A stretch of 64,000 bases of DNA from Acidimicrobiia bacterium (GTDB taxonomy: Bacteria; Actinomycetota; Acidimicrobiia; Spongiisociales; UBA5794): contig DATHUV010000034.1 of the NCBI GenBank assembly GCA_035461905.1, positions 8,574 to 72,573 on the forward strand, given 5' to 3'. This document shows, one piece after another, positions 7,224-16,025 of the stretch. The notes below the pieces were generated by a model. It saw only the letters and a list, made by a program, of their open reading frames with translations, ran no database searches and was not told the origin of the DNA. The translations under genes and the position numbers were made by a program. Every line of letters starts with the position of its first letter. The stretch's first letter is position 1.

Positions 7224-8959
7224 ATGACCCCTGCCTGGAAGTTGTCGATCACGAGGGAGATCAGGAACATCGCGAACAGGAAGGCTCCAGCGGTGAGTGC
7301 CAACCGACGCCAGGTCCACCGTTGAAGGCTGATCCGCTCGCGCGGCGGGGCCAGTTCCCTGAAGCGTTCGACGATGTCGAGACCCTGTGCCTTCTTCACC
7401 AATGCCAGCGACGAACGGCTCTGTGAGGGAATGGTGACACTGCGCATCGCGGCGAACGCCTCTGCGATGTCGTCCGGTGAGAAGTACTGGAGCGCCCGGT
7501 CGTAGACCTTCTCGGGAGAGGTGCGCAGAGCAAGGATGATCATCATGTTGGCGAGGTCGACGGCCTGCCGCCATGGCGAGGGTCGAAGGGTGGCGAACGC
7601 GGGATCGATGAGCACGACCCGCCCGTCCCTGACCATGACATTGGCCGGCTTGATGTCCCTGTGGGCGATGCCGGCGTCCCACAGCTTCCGGACGATGAGC
7701 AATGCTTCGTCGATGATCTCGTCATCGACGTCGGCGTCTCCCATCTCCTTGGCGTTCGCCAGGAACTCCGTGACGATCAGGTACTCCCGTTCAGGTGTGA
7801 TTTCGACGAAGCCGAACGAACGCGGCGACGGCAGGCCCGCATCCTGCAACTTGAGGAGGATGTAGTCCTCGTACTCGACGAGCCTGCGAACGGACGGAAA
7901 CCGCACCTCGTCCTCGAGGGATCCATACAGGATCGTTCGAGCGACCTTGTACCACCGATCCGCCCGCACGTGGCTCTGCGCATAGAGCTTTGCGAACACG
8001 AAGGTCTCCGGGTCCTCACAGCATCGGATCCGCAGTGGGGTCGAGCCTCCTGATCCCTCTAGGCCGAATGGCTTGATCTCGAGCGCGGACAGCCCGAGCT
8101 GCTCGCGCATGGCCGTCCTGATCGCCTCGCCTCGGGCACCCGACACGTCGAGATGCGCCGTTCGTCCCTTTCCATACGCCACGGGGTAGATGGACTCCGG
8201 TGCGACCCATCGGAATGCGAGCACCCCGACGACCGGGCCGATCAGCCAACCAACGGCGACATCCGTGGGATGGTCGGTTCCGAGGTACATCAGGGACACC
8301 GCGAGGATCGCAACGACCACCGAGGTACCTGCGAGCCACCACGTCCGCCACCGCCCCTTCGGAATGAGGGCGAGTCCCGCGACGACGACGCTCACCGCCA
8401 GGAGGGCGACAGGCTTCGATGGGTGCGAGTACCCAAACCAATCGCCGATGATGTCGACAAATGGTCGCGGCCTGGCGATCGCCCAGGAGAGGTTGCGCTG
8501 CATGGTGTCGACGATCACGAACGCGAGGATCACTCCGAAGAATGCCCGCCACCGCCTGAACACGACGAGGATGATCAGTGTCGCCCAGCGGATCGGGCGA
8601 ACGACCCACAGCGAGCCGAGGACCTGCGCCCACTTCATGACCGTCGTGGCGGCGTCCGATCGGATGTCGACGAACCAGTTGAGCACGGCGAGATCGACGT
8701 CCCCCCACCACTCCGTAGAGGCCGGGAAGGCGAAGAGCGAGATCCACAGCAGCATGAGGCCGATACCCGCGAACAGCCAGAACCAGCCCGACCTCTTGAG
8801 TTCACGAGGGAGCGGCGGCTTCTCGCCGGACGGGCGACGCCGACGTCCGGACAGCTGAATCCCCGCGACGCGAACTTGGCGCCGGTGACCGACGTCACCG
8901 AGGGTCACGATGTCGTCAGCTGCCGTTGACATCCGATCGATGTCCTTGTTGTCCGTCAC
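7220..8959 (-). CDS. Membrane PAP2 phosphatase domain fused to a protein-kinase-like (RIO/Kdo-kinase-like) domain
   Basis: The N-terminal half is polytopic with PAP2-like motifs (IARPRPF, YSHPSKP, GTDHPTDVAVG). The C-terminal half carries a kinase catalytic loop and DFG-like region, IAHRDIKPANVMVRDGRVVLIDPAFA, followed by a final TM helix. The start is GTG 8959 or ATG 8932. Confidence 0.75.
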   Translation of the reverse strand: MTDNKDIDRMSTAADDIVTLGDVGHRRQVRVAGIQLSGRRRRPSGEKPPLPRELKRSGWFWLFAGIGLMLLWISLFAFPASTEWWGDVDLAVLNWFVDIRSDAATTVMKWAQVLGSLWVVRPIRWATLIILVVFRRWRAFFGVILAFVIVDTMQRNLSWAIARPRPFVDIIGDWFGYSHPSKPVALLAVSVVVAGLALIPKGRWRTWWLAGTSVVVAILAVSLMYLGTDHPTDVAVGWLIGPVVGVLAFRWVAPESIYPVAYGKGRTAHLDVSGARGEAIRTAMREQLGLSALEIKPFGLEGSGGSTPLRIRCCEDPETFVFAKLYAQSHVRADRWYKVARTILYGSLEDEVRFPSVRRLVEYEDYILLKLQDAGLPSPRSFGFVEITPEREYLIVTEFLANAKEMGDADVDDEIIDEALLIVRKLWDAGIAHRDIKPANVMVRDGRVVLIDPAFATLRPSPWRQAVDLANMMIILALRTSPEKVYDRALQYFSPDDIAEAFAAMRSVTIPSQSRSSLALVKKAQGLDIVERFRELAPPRERISLQRWTWRRLALTAGAFLFAMFLISLVIDNFQAGVI

Positions 8960-9151
8960 CCAGATCTCCCAAACGGTGCATGTTCACTCCAAGTATTGCA
9001 GTGCGAACGCCCGACTCGTCTGCAGTCGGCGCCACGTGTCACTCAGCGCCCAAAGACCTGGCTGCACAAGGCACCGGGAGAGCCCCCCGTAGACGCGGTC
9101 GTGAAGGGCAGTCCAGGTCGCTGAGTAATGGAAGACGGGGGCGTCGGGCCC

Positions 9152-9592
9152 TCAGGCGGATCCGTCGACACAGCTCTCGCACCGCCCGCTCAGGGCGAAG
9201 TGCTCGACGTCGATTCTGAACCCGGTACCCGACTCGATGGCGGCGATGAGGGGCGCGATCGATTCGTCGTCGATCGATTGGATGGTGCCGCACGTGTCGC
9301 ACACCACGTGCTGGTGTGACGACTCCTCGGCGAGGTGGTACACCGTCGGCCCGTGGCCAATGTGCCCGTGCTTGATCACGCCCGCGGACTCGAGGGCGTC
9401 GAGGGTTCGGTACACCGTGGCACGGTCGAGGTCCCCGTCCGAGTCCGTCCGGACGATGTCGTAGATGGCCGCAGCCGTCAGGTGCTCGTGGTGCCGGGTG
9501 GCGACGACCTCGCACACGAGTCGCCGCGGCTCGGTGATCCGCAACCCGTCACGGCGGAGGACGTCGATGAGCTCGTCAGGTGACACGTGCAT
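9152..9592 (-). CDS. Fur-family metalloregulator
   Basis: From ATG 9592: MHVSPDELIDVLRRDGLRITEPRRLV (winged helix). His-rich HGHIGHG and HQH, and CDTCG...C..C zinc sites, are present. The start overlaps the upstream stop by 1 nt (TGATG). Confidence 0.85.
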   Translation of the reverse strand: MHVSPDELIDVLRRDGLRITEPRRLVCEVVATRHHEHLTAAAIYDIVRTDSDGDLDRATVYRTLDALESAGVIKHGHIGHGPTVYHLAEESSHQHVVCDTCGTIQSIDDESIAPLIAAIESGTGFRIDVEHFALSGRCESCVDGSA

Positions 9593-9981
9593 CAGCGATT
9601 CAGCGCCACCGTGTCGATCTCGATCTCCCCGTTGACACGGACCTGACCCGGTGTCTTCCACTGGTACTCGTCAGCGTCTGTGTACTTGCGTGCGAGATCG
9701 TCGATCAGCCACCAGCCATCAGCCTCGAAGCGTGTGACCCTCCCGCGAAGCACGTAGTTGCGGTAGTCGTCGTCCGTGGGTGTGAAGGACAGGGCAACGC
9801 GGTTGTCCCTTCGGATGTTCTCCGTCTTGACCCGCCCCTCGGCGGTCGAGAACAACAGCGTGTCGCCCCTCCTGCCGATCCAGATGACCGACACCTGAGG
9901 TGACCCGTCCGGCATGAGGGTGGCGAGATGCACGAAGACCCGCTCGTCGAGTGCTCGCTTGACGTCATCGGATAGTTCCAC
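9592..9981 (-). CDS. PPOX-class (pyridoxamine 5-phosphate oxidase-like) probable F420-dependent enzyme
   Basis: 129 aa: VFVHLATLMPDGSPQVSVIW...LLFSTAEGRVKTENIRRDNRVALS, a split-barrel PPOX-like pattern. Confidence 0.7.
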   Translation of the reverse strand: MELSDDVKRALDERVFVHLATLMPDGSPQVSVIWIGRRGDTLLFSTAEGRVKTENIRRDNRVALSFTPTDDDYRNYVLRGRVTRFEADGWWLIDDLARKYTDADEYQWKTPGQVRVNGEIEIDTVALNR

Positions 9982-10149
9982 GGTGTCCTCTCCGGGCTGC
10001 GGTCAGGGCTCGCGAACGGTAGTGCCCTGACCAGCAGCGACCGCCGCGTTGACGCATCGCGTGACGCTCACGGCTCGTGCTCGGCATCGCCATCGATGCT
10101 GAACAGGCCCCGAGTGCCCAGCGAGATCACTCCGCCTAGCCTCACCTCC

Positions 10150-10920
10150 ATGGAGACGGGTCTCGCAGGCGCGCGGGTGTTGGTGACGGGAGGAGCTGGA
10201 GGTATCGGAGCCGCCATCTGTCGGGCGTTCGCGGACGAGGGCGCGAAGGTTGCGGTCCACCATCACTCGAGTCGGGAAGCCGCCGAGGCGCTCGCAGACG
10301 AGATCGGCGGGGTCTGCGTCAATGGTGATCTCACCAACGAGGGCGAAGCTGCGAGCGTGTTCGCGTCGACGATCGATGTCCTCGGTGGCCTCGACGTCTG
10401 CGTCGCCAATGCCGGCTGGTATCCGTCCATCGATGTCCCCGTGTGGGACATGGACCTCGCACGGTGGAGAGATGTGGTGGATCGCAACCTCACGACGGCG
10501 TTCCTCACAGCCCGCGCCTTCCTTGGCCACGCATCGACGACGGGCCACGGCTCGCTGGTGTTCACGGCGTCGACCGCAGGCATCTTCGGGGAGGCGGGCC
10601 ACGCGGACTACGCCGCGGCGAAGGCCGCCCTCACATCGGGCTTCCTGCTGTCCCTGAAGAATGAGGCTGCCCGCATCGGTGACGGTGTGCGCGTCAATGC
10701 CGTCGCTCCCGGGTGGACCGTGACCCCGCGGCGCGCTGCGGCGGGGATCGACCCATCCCACGTCGAACGTGCCACTGCGACGATGGCTCGCAAGACGCTG
10801 GCGAGCCCCGAGGACGTAGCCCGCCAGGTGGTCATCCTCGCATCGGACAGGCTCTCTGCACATCAGACGGGCCAGGTAGTGGTTGTCGCGGGCGGCATGG
10901 AGGGAAGGATCGTGCCGTGA
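10150..10920 (+). CDS. SDR-family oxidoreductase
   Basis: From ATG 10150: METGLAGARVLVTGGAGGIGAA (TGxxxGIG Rossmann motif), NAG, and the catalytic YAAAK motif. Confidence 0.85.
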   Translation: METGLAGARVLVTGGAGGIGAAICRAFADEGAKVAVHHHSSREAAEALADEIGGVCVNGDLTNEGEAASVFASTIDVLGGLDVCVANAGWYPSIDVPVWDMDLARWRDVVDRNLTTAFLTARAFLGHASTTGHGSLVFTASTAGIFGEAGHADYAAAKAALTSGFLLSLKNEAARIGDGVRVNAVAPGWTVTPRRAAAGIDPSHVERATATMARKTLASPEDVARQVVILASDRLSAHQTGQVVVVAGGMEGRIVP

Positions 10921-12098
10921 CGTTCGACGCCCTCGAGGTCGAGGCCCTCCGAGCCGCCACGCCGGGGGCATCGACCGTGACGCACTTCAACAACGCGGGT
11001 TCGTCCCTCATGCCCACCCCGGTCATCGACGCCATCCAGCGGTACCTCGACTACGAGATCTTCCACGGCGGGTACGAGGCAGCAGAGGTGCTCGGTGATG
11101 AGATCGAGGCCGTGTACTCGTCCATCGCCGAGCTGATCGGTGGCGATCCGACCGAGATCGCGCTCTCCGACTGTGCCACGAGGGCCTGGGACATGGCCCT
11201 CTACGGCCTTGGCCTCGGCGAGGGGGATCGGATCCTCACGACGACCACCGAGTACGTGTCGAACTGGGCCGCGTACCTGCACCTGCGTGACACCCGGGGC
11301 ATCGTCGTCCAGGTCGTGCCCGACACTCCCGAAGGCGACATCGACGTCGATGTACTCGAGGCATCCATCGACGGATCGACGAGGCTCATCACGCTGAACC
11401 ACATCCCGACGCATTCCGCGGTCGTCAACCCCGTCGAGGAGGTGGGGGAGGTGGCTCGTAGGCATGGCATCCCCTTCCTGCTCGATTCATGCCAGGCGGT
11501 CGGCCACGTTCCCGTCGATGTCGGAGCGATCGGGTGCGACATGCTGAGCGCAACGTCTCGGAAGTTCCTGCGCGGCCCTCGCGGTGAAGGGTTCCTGTTC
11601 GTCAGGAGCGACTTCATCGAACGCCTCGATCCGGTGTTCGTCGAGCTCCATAATGCGACGCTCATCACGCCGGACCGGTACGAGCTGCGATCCGATGCCA
11701 GACGTTTCGAGACGTGGGAGAAGAACTATGCGAATGTCGTCGGGCTCGGTGCCGCGACCCGGTACGCGCTCGACCTCGGGATGGATCGCATCTGGAACCG
11801 GATCAGGTCGCTCGCGGAAACCACACGGTCCGCGCTCTCTGAGGTTCCCGGGGTGACCCTGCACGACAAGGGCACCGTGAAAGGAGGGATTGTCATGTTC
11901 GCCGTTGACGGCTGGTCCTCCGCCGCCGTGAGGGACGCGCTCCGTGCACGGACCATCAACGTGTCGACATCCACGAGGAGCTCCGCACCCGTCGACATGG
12001 CCGAGCGCGGCATCGAAGACCTGGTGCGGGCGTCGGTGCACGTGTTCAACACGGAGGACGAGATCGACACGCTCGTAGAGGCCGTCGCGGCCCTCTGA
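10917..12098 (+). CDS. Class V aminotransferase-fold PLP enzyme (cysteine desulfurase / epimerase-like)
   Basis: GTG 10917 overlaps the SDR stop (GTGA). Supporting sequence: FNNAGSSLMP, LDSCQAVGH, and the SATSRKFLRGPRGEGFLF lysine region. The 461-aa track ORF is an upstream extension inside the SDR gene. Confidence 0.8.
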   Translation: MTFDALEVEALRAATPGASTVTHFNNAGSSLMPTPVIDAIQRYLDYEIFHGGYEAAEVLGDEIEAVYSSIAELIGGDPTEIALSDCATRAWDMALYGLGLGEGDRILTTTTEYVSNWAAYLHLRDTRGIVVQVVPDTPEGDIDVDVLEASIDGSTRLITLNHIPTHSAVVNPVEEVGEVARRHGIPFLLDSCQAVGHVPVDVGAIGCDMLSATSRKFLRGPRGEGFLFVRSDFIERLDPVFVELHNATLITPDRYELRSDARRFETWEKNYANVVGLGAATRYALDLGMDRIWNRIRSLAETTRSALSEVPGVTLHDKGTVKGGIVMFAVDGWSSAAVRDALRARTINVSTSTRSSAPVDMAERGIEDLVRASVHVFNTEDEIDTLVEAVAAL

Positions 12099-12141
12099 AT
12101 CAAGCTATCTCCAACGGGGTCGACGCGACTCGTGGACCCGT

Positions 12142-13185
12142 CTACTCCCGTGGGAAGGGAACTCCTGCGATGAACGCGTCGATGTAGCTCTGGGTGGTCT
12201 CGACCGGAACGACGTACGATCTTCCGTCGCTGCCTCTGGCGTCCCTCACCGGGAGCGTCGCAGCATCGATGGAGCGGCTCTCGAGGGACAGTGCGGTCCT
12301 TCCGAGATCGGCCATCCTCGCAAGGGTGAGACCCTCGTCCGCGGTGATCTGGCTTGCGAAGGTCGGAAGAAAACTCGTCAGGTTGAACGCGCTCGACGGG
12401 GACGTCGCCTGGTTGAACAGCGCGATAAGGATCTGCTGCTGGCGACCGGTCCGAGCGATATCCCCTCCCCTTGCGGAGGTCCATTCCCCGTTGCGGAGTT
12501 CCTGGTACTTGCGCGAACGTGCGTAGGCGACTGCCTGCTCGCCGTCGAGTGTCTGGCGACCGGCCTCGACACGGAAGCCCGAGGTCAGGTCCCGACCCGG
12601 GTACTCGAAGTCGAGGGTGACGCCCCCGAGTGAATCCACGACTTTGCCGACACCACCGAAGTCGATCTCCATGTAGTGGTTGACGGGTATCCCGGTCTCG
12701 GATTGGACGGACTGGATGAGCAGGTCGGGCCCACCGATGACGTACGTTGCATTGATCCGGTTCGTGCCGTGACCTGGGATCTCCGTCCGCCAGTCGCGCG
12801 GGATCGACAGCATCTGGATGGTTTCGCCGGGGACCAGATGCGCGAGCATGATCACATCCGTACGGCGGCCGGCGAAGTTGCCGAACGTGTCCTCCCACTC
12901 GTCGGGTATCGAGGAGCGGTCGTCGACGCCCACGAGGAGGAAGTTGATGGGTGCGCCAGAGGATGTCACGGGGTTGAGGGACGCCACATCGGCTGCAGCG
13001 ATACGGTCGATCCTGCTCTCGGTGTAGCGCAGGAAGCCGTACCCGGCGAACACGGCGACGGCCGTGAATCCGAGCAGGAAGAGGAAGAACTTCTGTGCGC
13101 GGCTCCAGCGCTTCTTCGGCTTGTGAGGTGGCGGCGGGACTTCGACGCGCGGAATCTCAGGAAAGGTCTCGGTGACTGAGGACAT
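12142..13185 (-). CDS. LCP (LytR-CpsA-Psr) family cell-envelope phosphotransferase
   Basis: N-terminal TM anchor, then [12 protein letters not shown]...[10 protein letters not shown]...SIPRD...N.TY, typical LCP motifs. Confidence 0.85.
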   Translation of the reverse strand: MSSVTETFPEIPRVEVPPPPHKPKKRWSRAQKFFLFLLGFTAVAVFAGYGFLRYTESRIDRIAAADVASLNPVTSSGAPINFLLVGVDDRSSIPDEWEDTFGNFAGRRTDVIMLAHLVPGETIQMLSIPRDWRTEIPGHGTNRINATYVIGGPDLLIQSVQSETGIPVNHYMEIDFGGVGKVVDSLGGVTLDFEYPGRDLTSGFRVEAGRQTLDGEQAVAYARSRKYQELRNGEWTSARGGDIARTGRQQQILIALFNQATSPSSAFNLTSFLPTFASQITADEGLTLARMADLGRTALSLESRSIDAATLPVRDARGSDGRSYVVPVETTQSYIDAFIAGVPFPRE

Positions 13186-13264
13186 GATCGAAGAGATTAC
13201 GCATGAGGCCCGGATAGCGGTCGTCAGAAATCGGGACGAACTTCGCGCGAGGTACGCTGGTGAA

Positions 13265-14932
13265 ATGGCGAAGAAGATTCACTCCCAGGACGTCACGATC
13301 GGTCCCGCTCGCGCAGGTGCGAGGGCGATGTTGCGGGCGGTCGGCCTCGGCGAGGACGACTTCGCCCGCTCCCAGATCGGGGTGGTCTCCGCCGGCAACG
13401 AGGTCACTCCCTGCAACGTCACCGGTCCGAAGCTGGCGGGCATCGCCAAGGTCGGGGTCAGGGGTGCCGGGGCCGTCGGACTCGAGTTCGCGACGATCGC
13501 GGTGTCTGACGGCATCTCGATGGGCCATGAGGGAATGCGGGCGTCCCTCGTGTCACGCGAGGTCATCGCCGACTCGGTCGAGCTGGTCATGCACGCGGAA
13601 CGCTTCGACGGCATGGTCGCCATTGCAGGATGTGACAAGTCACTCCCCGGCATGCTGATGGCGGCGGCCCGCCACAACCTTCCCTCCGTCTTCCTCTACG
13701 GCGGCTCCAGCCTCCCTGGACGTGTCGGCGGAAAGGACATCTCGATCGTCGACGTGTTCGAGGGCATCGGAGCACACTCCGAAGGGACGATCACCGATGC
13801 CCAGCTCCTCGAGATCGAGCAGAACGCCTGTCCGGGAGCGGGGTCGTGCGCAGGCATGTTCACGGCGAACACGATGGCGTCCGTCGGGGAGGCAATCGGG
13901 ATGTCGCTTCCCGGTTCGGCAGCAGTGCCAGCGGTCGACGCACGGCTCGAGGAGTACGCCCTCCGCTCGGGTGAAGCGGTCGTGGCGCTCCTCGAAGCCG
14001 ACATCCGCCCTCGCGACATCATGACGAGGGACGCCTTCGAGAACGCGATCACCACGGTCATGGCACTCGGAGGATCCACGAACGCCGTGCTCCACCTCAT
14101 GGCCATCGCCCACGAGGCCAGGGTCGACCTCACGCTCGAGGACTTCGACCGGATCTCGCGCCGTACCCCCCACATCGGCGACATGAAGCCGTTCGGCCGA
14201 TACCACATGGTCGATCTGGACAGGATCGGCGGGGTTCCGGTCGTGCTGCGGGCACTCCTCGATGCCGGGCTCCTCCACGGTGACGCAATGACCGTCACGG
14301 GGCGCACCATGGCGGAGAACCTGGTCGACGTTGTCGTGCCGGAGGACCAGGACGTGGTTGTCCCGGTGGATCAACCGCTCGCTGACCATGGGGGCATCGC
14401 GATCCTGCGCGGATCACTCGCTCCCGAGGGCGCCGTCGTGAAGATCGCAGGAATCGACCTCGACGTGTTCGAGGGGCGGGCCCGTGTCTTCGACGACGAG
14501 CAGCATGCACTCGAGGCACTGTGGAACCACGACCTGCATCCCGGGGATGTCGTCGTGGTCCGATACGAAGGACCAAAGGGCGGTCCGGGGATGCGGGAGA
14601 TGCTTGCCATCACCGCCGCCATCAAGGGAGCGGGCCTCGGCAAGAGCGTCCTCCTCATCACCGACGGCCGGTTCTCCGGTGGAACCACGGGTATGTGCAT
14701 CGGCCACGTTGCACCAGAGGCGGCGAACGGTGGGCCCATCGGCCTCGTCGAGGAAGGCGACCGGATCAGGGTCGACCTGCCGAAGCGAACCCTCGACATG
14801 CTCGTCGACGCCGACGTCCTCGCGAAGCGGCGCGACTCTTGGGAGCCCATCGCTCCTCGGTATGCGACGGGCGCCCTCGCCAAGTACGCCAAGCTCGTCG
14901 GCTCGGCGGAATCCGGCGCTGTCCTCGACTGA
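13265..14932 (+). CDS. ilvD: Dihydroxy-acid dehydratase
   Basis: From ATG 13265 ([27 protein letters not shown]). Supporting sequence: [48 protein letters not shown]. Confidence 0.93.
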   Translation: MAKKIHSQDVTIGPARAGARAMLRAVGLGEDDFARSQIGVVSAGNEVTPCNVTGPKLAGIAKVGVRGAGAVGLEFATIAVSDGISMGHEGMRASLVSREVIADSVELVMHAERFDGMVAIAGCDKSLPGMLMAAARHNLPSVFLYGGSSLPGRVGGKDISIVDVFEGIGAHSEGTITDAQLLEIEQNACPGAGSCAGMFTANTMASVGEAIGMSLPGSAAVPAVDARLEEYALRSGEAVVALLEADIRPRDIMTRDAFENAITTVMALGGSTNAVLHLMAIAHEARVDLTLEDFDRISRRTPHIGDMKPFGRYHMVDLDRIGGVPVVLRALLDAGLLHGDAMTVTGRTMAENLVDVVVPEDQDVVVPVDQPLADHGGIAILRGSLAPEGAVVKIAGIDLDVFEGRARVFDDEQHALEALWNHDLHPGDVVVVRYEGPKGGPGMREMLAITAAIKGAGLGKSVLLITDGRFSGGTTGMCIGHVAPEAANGGPIGLVEEGDRIRVDLPKRTLDMLVDADVLAKRRDSWEPIAPRYATGALAKYAKLVGSAESGAVLD

Positions 14933-14992
14933 GGGGGATCGTTCCACGCACGCACGGGAATCGCGCCCGCCGCACCCGTTAGGATCCCCCGC

Positions 14993-15247
14993 ATGAAGCT
15001 TTCCATCGAGTACTGCGCAGCCTGAGGCTATACCGACCGTGCCGTGAGCATGGTGCAGGCAATCCTCGGTAAGTTCGAGCACTACATCGACGACGTCACC
15101 GTGATCCCCTCCCGGGGAGGCGTGTTCGAAGTCATCGCAGGCGACGAGTTGGTCTTCTCCAAGAAGGAACTCGGCCGCCACGCGACGATCGAGGAGGTCA
15201 TCGACTCCCTCGACGCCATCATCGGTCCCGTTCCGGGATCCTCGTAA
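14993..15247 (+). CDS. SelW/Rdx-family selenoprotein candidate with in-frame TGA (Sec) at 15023-15025
   Basis: ATG 14993 is preceded by AGGA 8 nt upstream. The translation is MKLSIEYCAA-TGA-GYTDRAVSMVQAILGKFEHY...VIPSRGGVFEVIAGDELVFSKKELGRHATIEEV. The TGA is in frame with track ORF 15044..15247 and sits at the second redox position of the Rdx CxxC/CxxU motif. Confidence 0.7.
15032..15070 (+). promoter_or_regulatory. Candidate bacterial SECIS hairpin downstream of the in-frame TGA
   Basis: ACCGA (15032-36) pairs with TCGGT (15066-70), and TGCC (15040-43) pairs with GGCA (15058-61). The 14-nt apical loop begins GT, 19 nt after the TGA. The upper stem is only 4 bp, so this is weak. Confidence 0.35.
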
Positions 15248-15287
15248 CTCCGCACCGCTACCGGTCGTCCGTCGGTACCTTCCGGTC

Positions 15288-15479
15288 ATGCACACCGGGC
15301 GTTCGAACGCGATCCTCCTCGCCGACCTCCTGTCCCAGGACGGTCCGCACATCCGCATCGCGGATGACTTCGTCCGTGCCGTGTGCGCACACTGCGGGCA
15401 GCCCCTGACCGACGACCCACGGTTCGGGGAATGGGGCGCCTACTGCGCGACATGCTGGGTCGACTTGCGAGCGGTGTGA
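15288..15479 (+). CDS. Small hypothetical protein with two CxxC pairs (zinc-ribbon-like)
   Basis: 63 aa with CAHCG ... CATCW. Codon usage is consistent with its neighbours. No family recognised. Confidence 0.5.
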   Translation: MHTGRSNAILLADLLSQDGPHIRIADDFVRAVCAHCGQPLTDDPRFGEWGAYCATCWVDLRAV

Positions 15480-15544
15480 TCCGTCCGGGCACCTCCCACC
15501 TCCGCACGAAGCAGTCGATCTACGGGGAATTGCGGTGATCGACC

Positions 15545-16015
15545 ATGAACAGTGATGTGAAACCGATCCTCGCGATCGTGGCTGTCGTCGCAGTGGCCGT
15601 GATCGCAGTCATGGCATTGCGCGGGACCTATGTCGACACCGAGGTACATCCCCCTGTCGACCTCGGAACGCCCGGTGACACCGTGCCGGGCGGCGGACCG
15701 ATCGCCGTCGTCGTCTCGAAGCTCGAGACGCCGGGCAGCTCCTTCTTGTGGTTCCGCCGCAGCAACCCTTCATACGAGGTGACCGTCCAGTTCTTCGCCC
15801 CACCCGGATGCTCGGGTTCGGTCAGCTTCGAAGACCCATGGCCGTCGTCGGACCCGGTGTGTGCCACGGACGTGCCGGTGGCCGGGATCGTGTCGGGTAT
15901 CGGAACGACGCAGACAAGCGAGTCGATCATCGCCGTTGATGTTCAGGTCAATCCCGAGTGCTTCGCGGCCGTGGAGCCGGGTGATTACTGGCCGTCCGCT
16001 GCTGCGTGTCCGTGA
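15545..16015 (+). CDS. Membrane-anchored hypothetical protein
   Basis: 156 aa with an N-terminal TM helix (ILAIVAVVAVAVIAVMAL) and an extracytoplasmic domain containing 4 Cys. Confidence 0.6.
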   Translation: MNSDVKPILAIVAVVAVAVIAVMALRGTYVDTEVHPPVDLGTPGDTVPGGGPIAVVVSKLETPGSSFLWFRRSNPSYEVTVQFFAPPGCSGSVSFEDPWPSSDPVCATDVPVAGIVSGIGTTQTSESIIAVDVQVNPECFAAVEPGDYWPSAAACP

Positions 16016-16025
16016 CGCCAAACGA

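Noticed and set aside
12099-12141. Short GC-rich stems in other convergent gaps (12099-12141, 49219-49299) as terminators.
   Set aside because: Only 5-bp stems are present, which is too weak to report as features.
15044-15247. Taking the 67-aa ORF from GTG 15044 as the complete gene and the upstream TGA as an ordinary stop.
   Set aside because: GTG 15044 has no Shine-Dalgarno. The 17 in-frame upstream codons, by contrast, start at an ATG with AGGA upstream and reproduce the Rdx-family N-terminus, with the TGA exactly at the CxxU position. I kept this as the alternative that would hold if the genome lacks Sec machinery.
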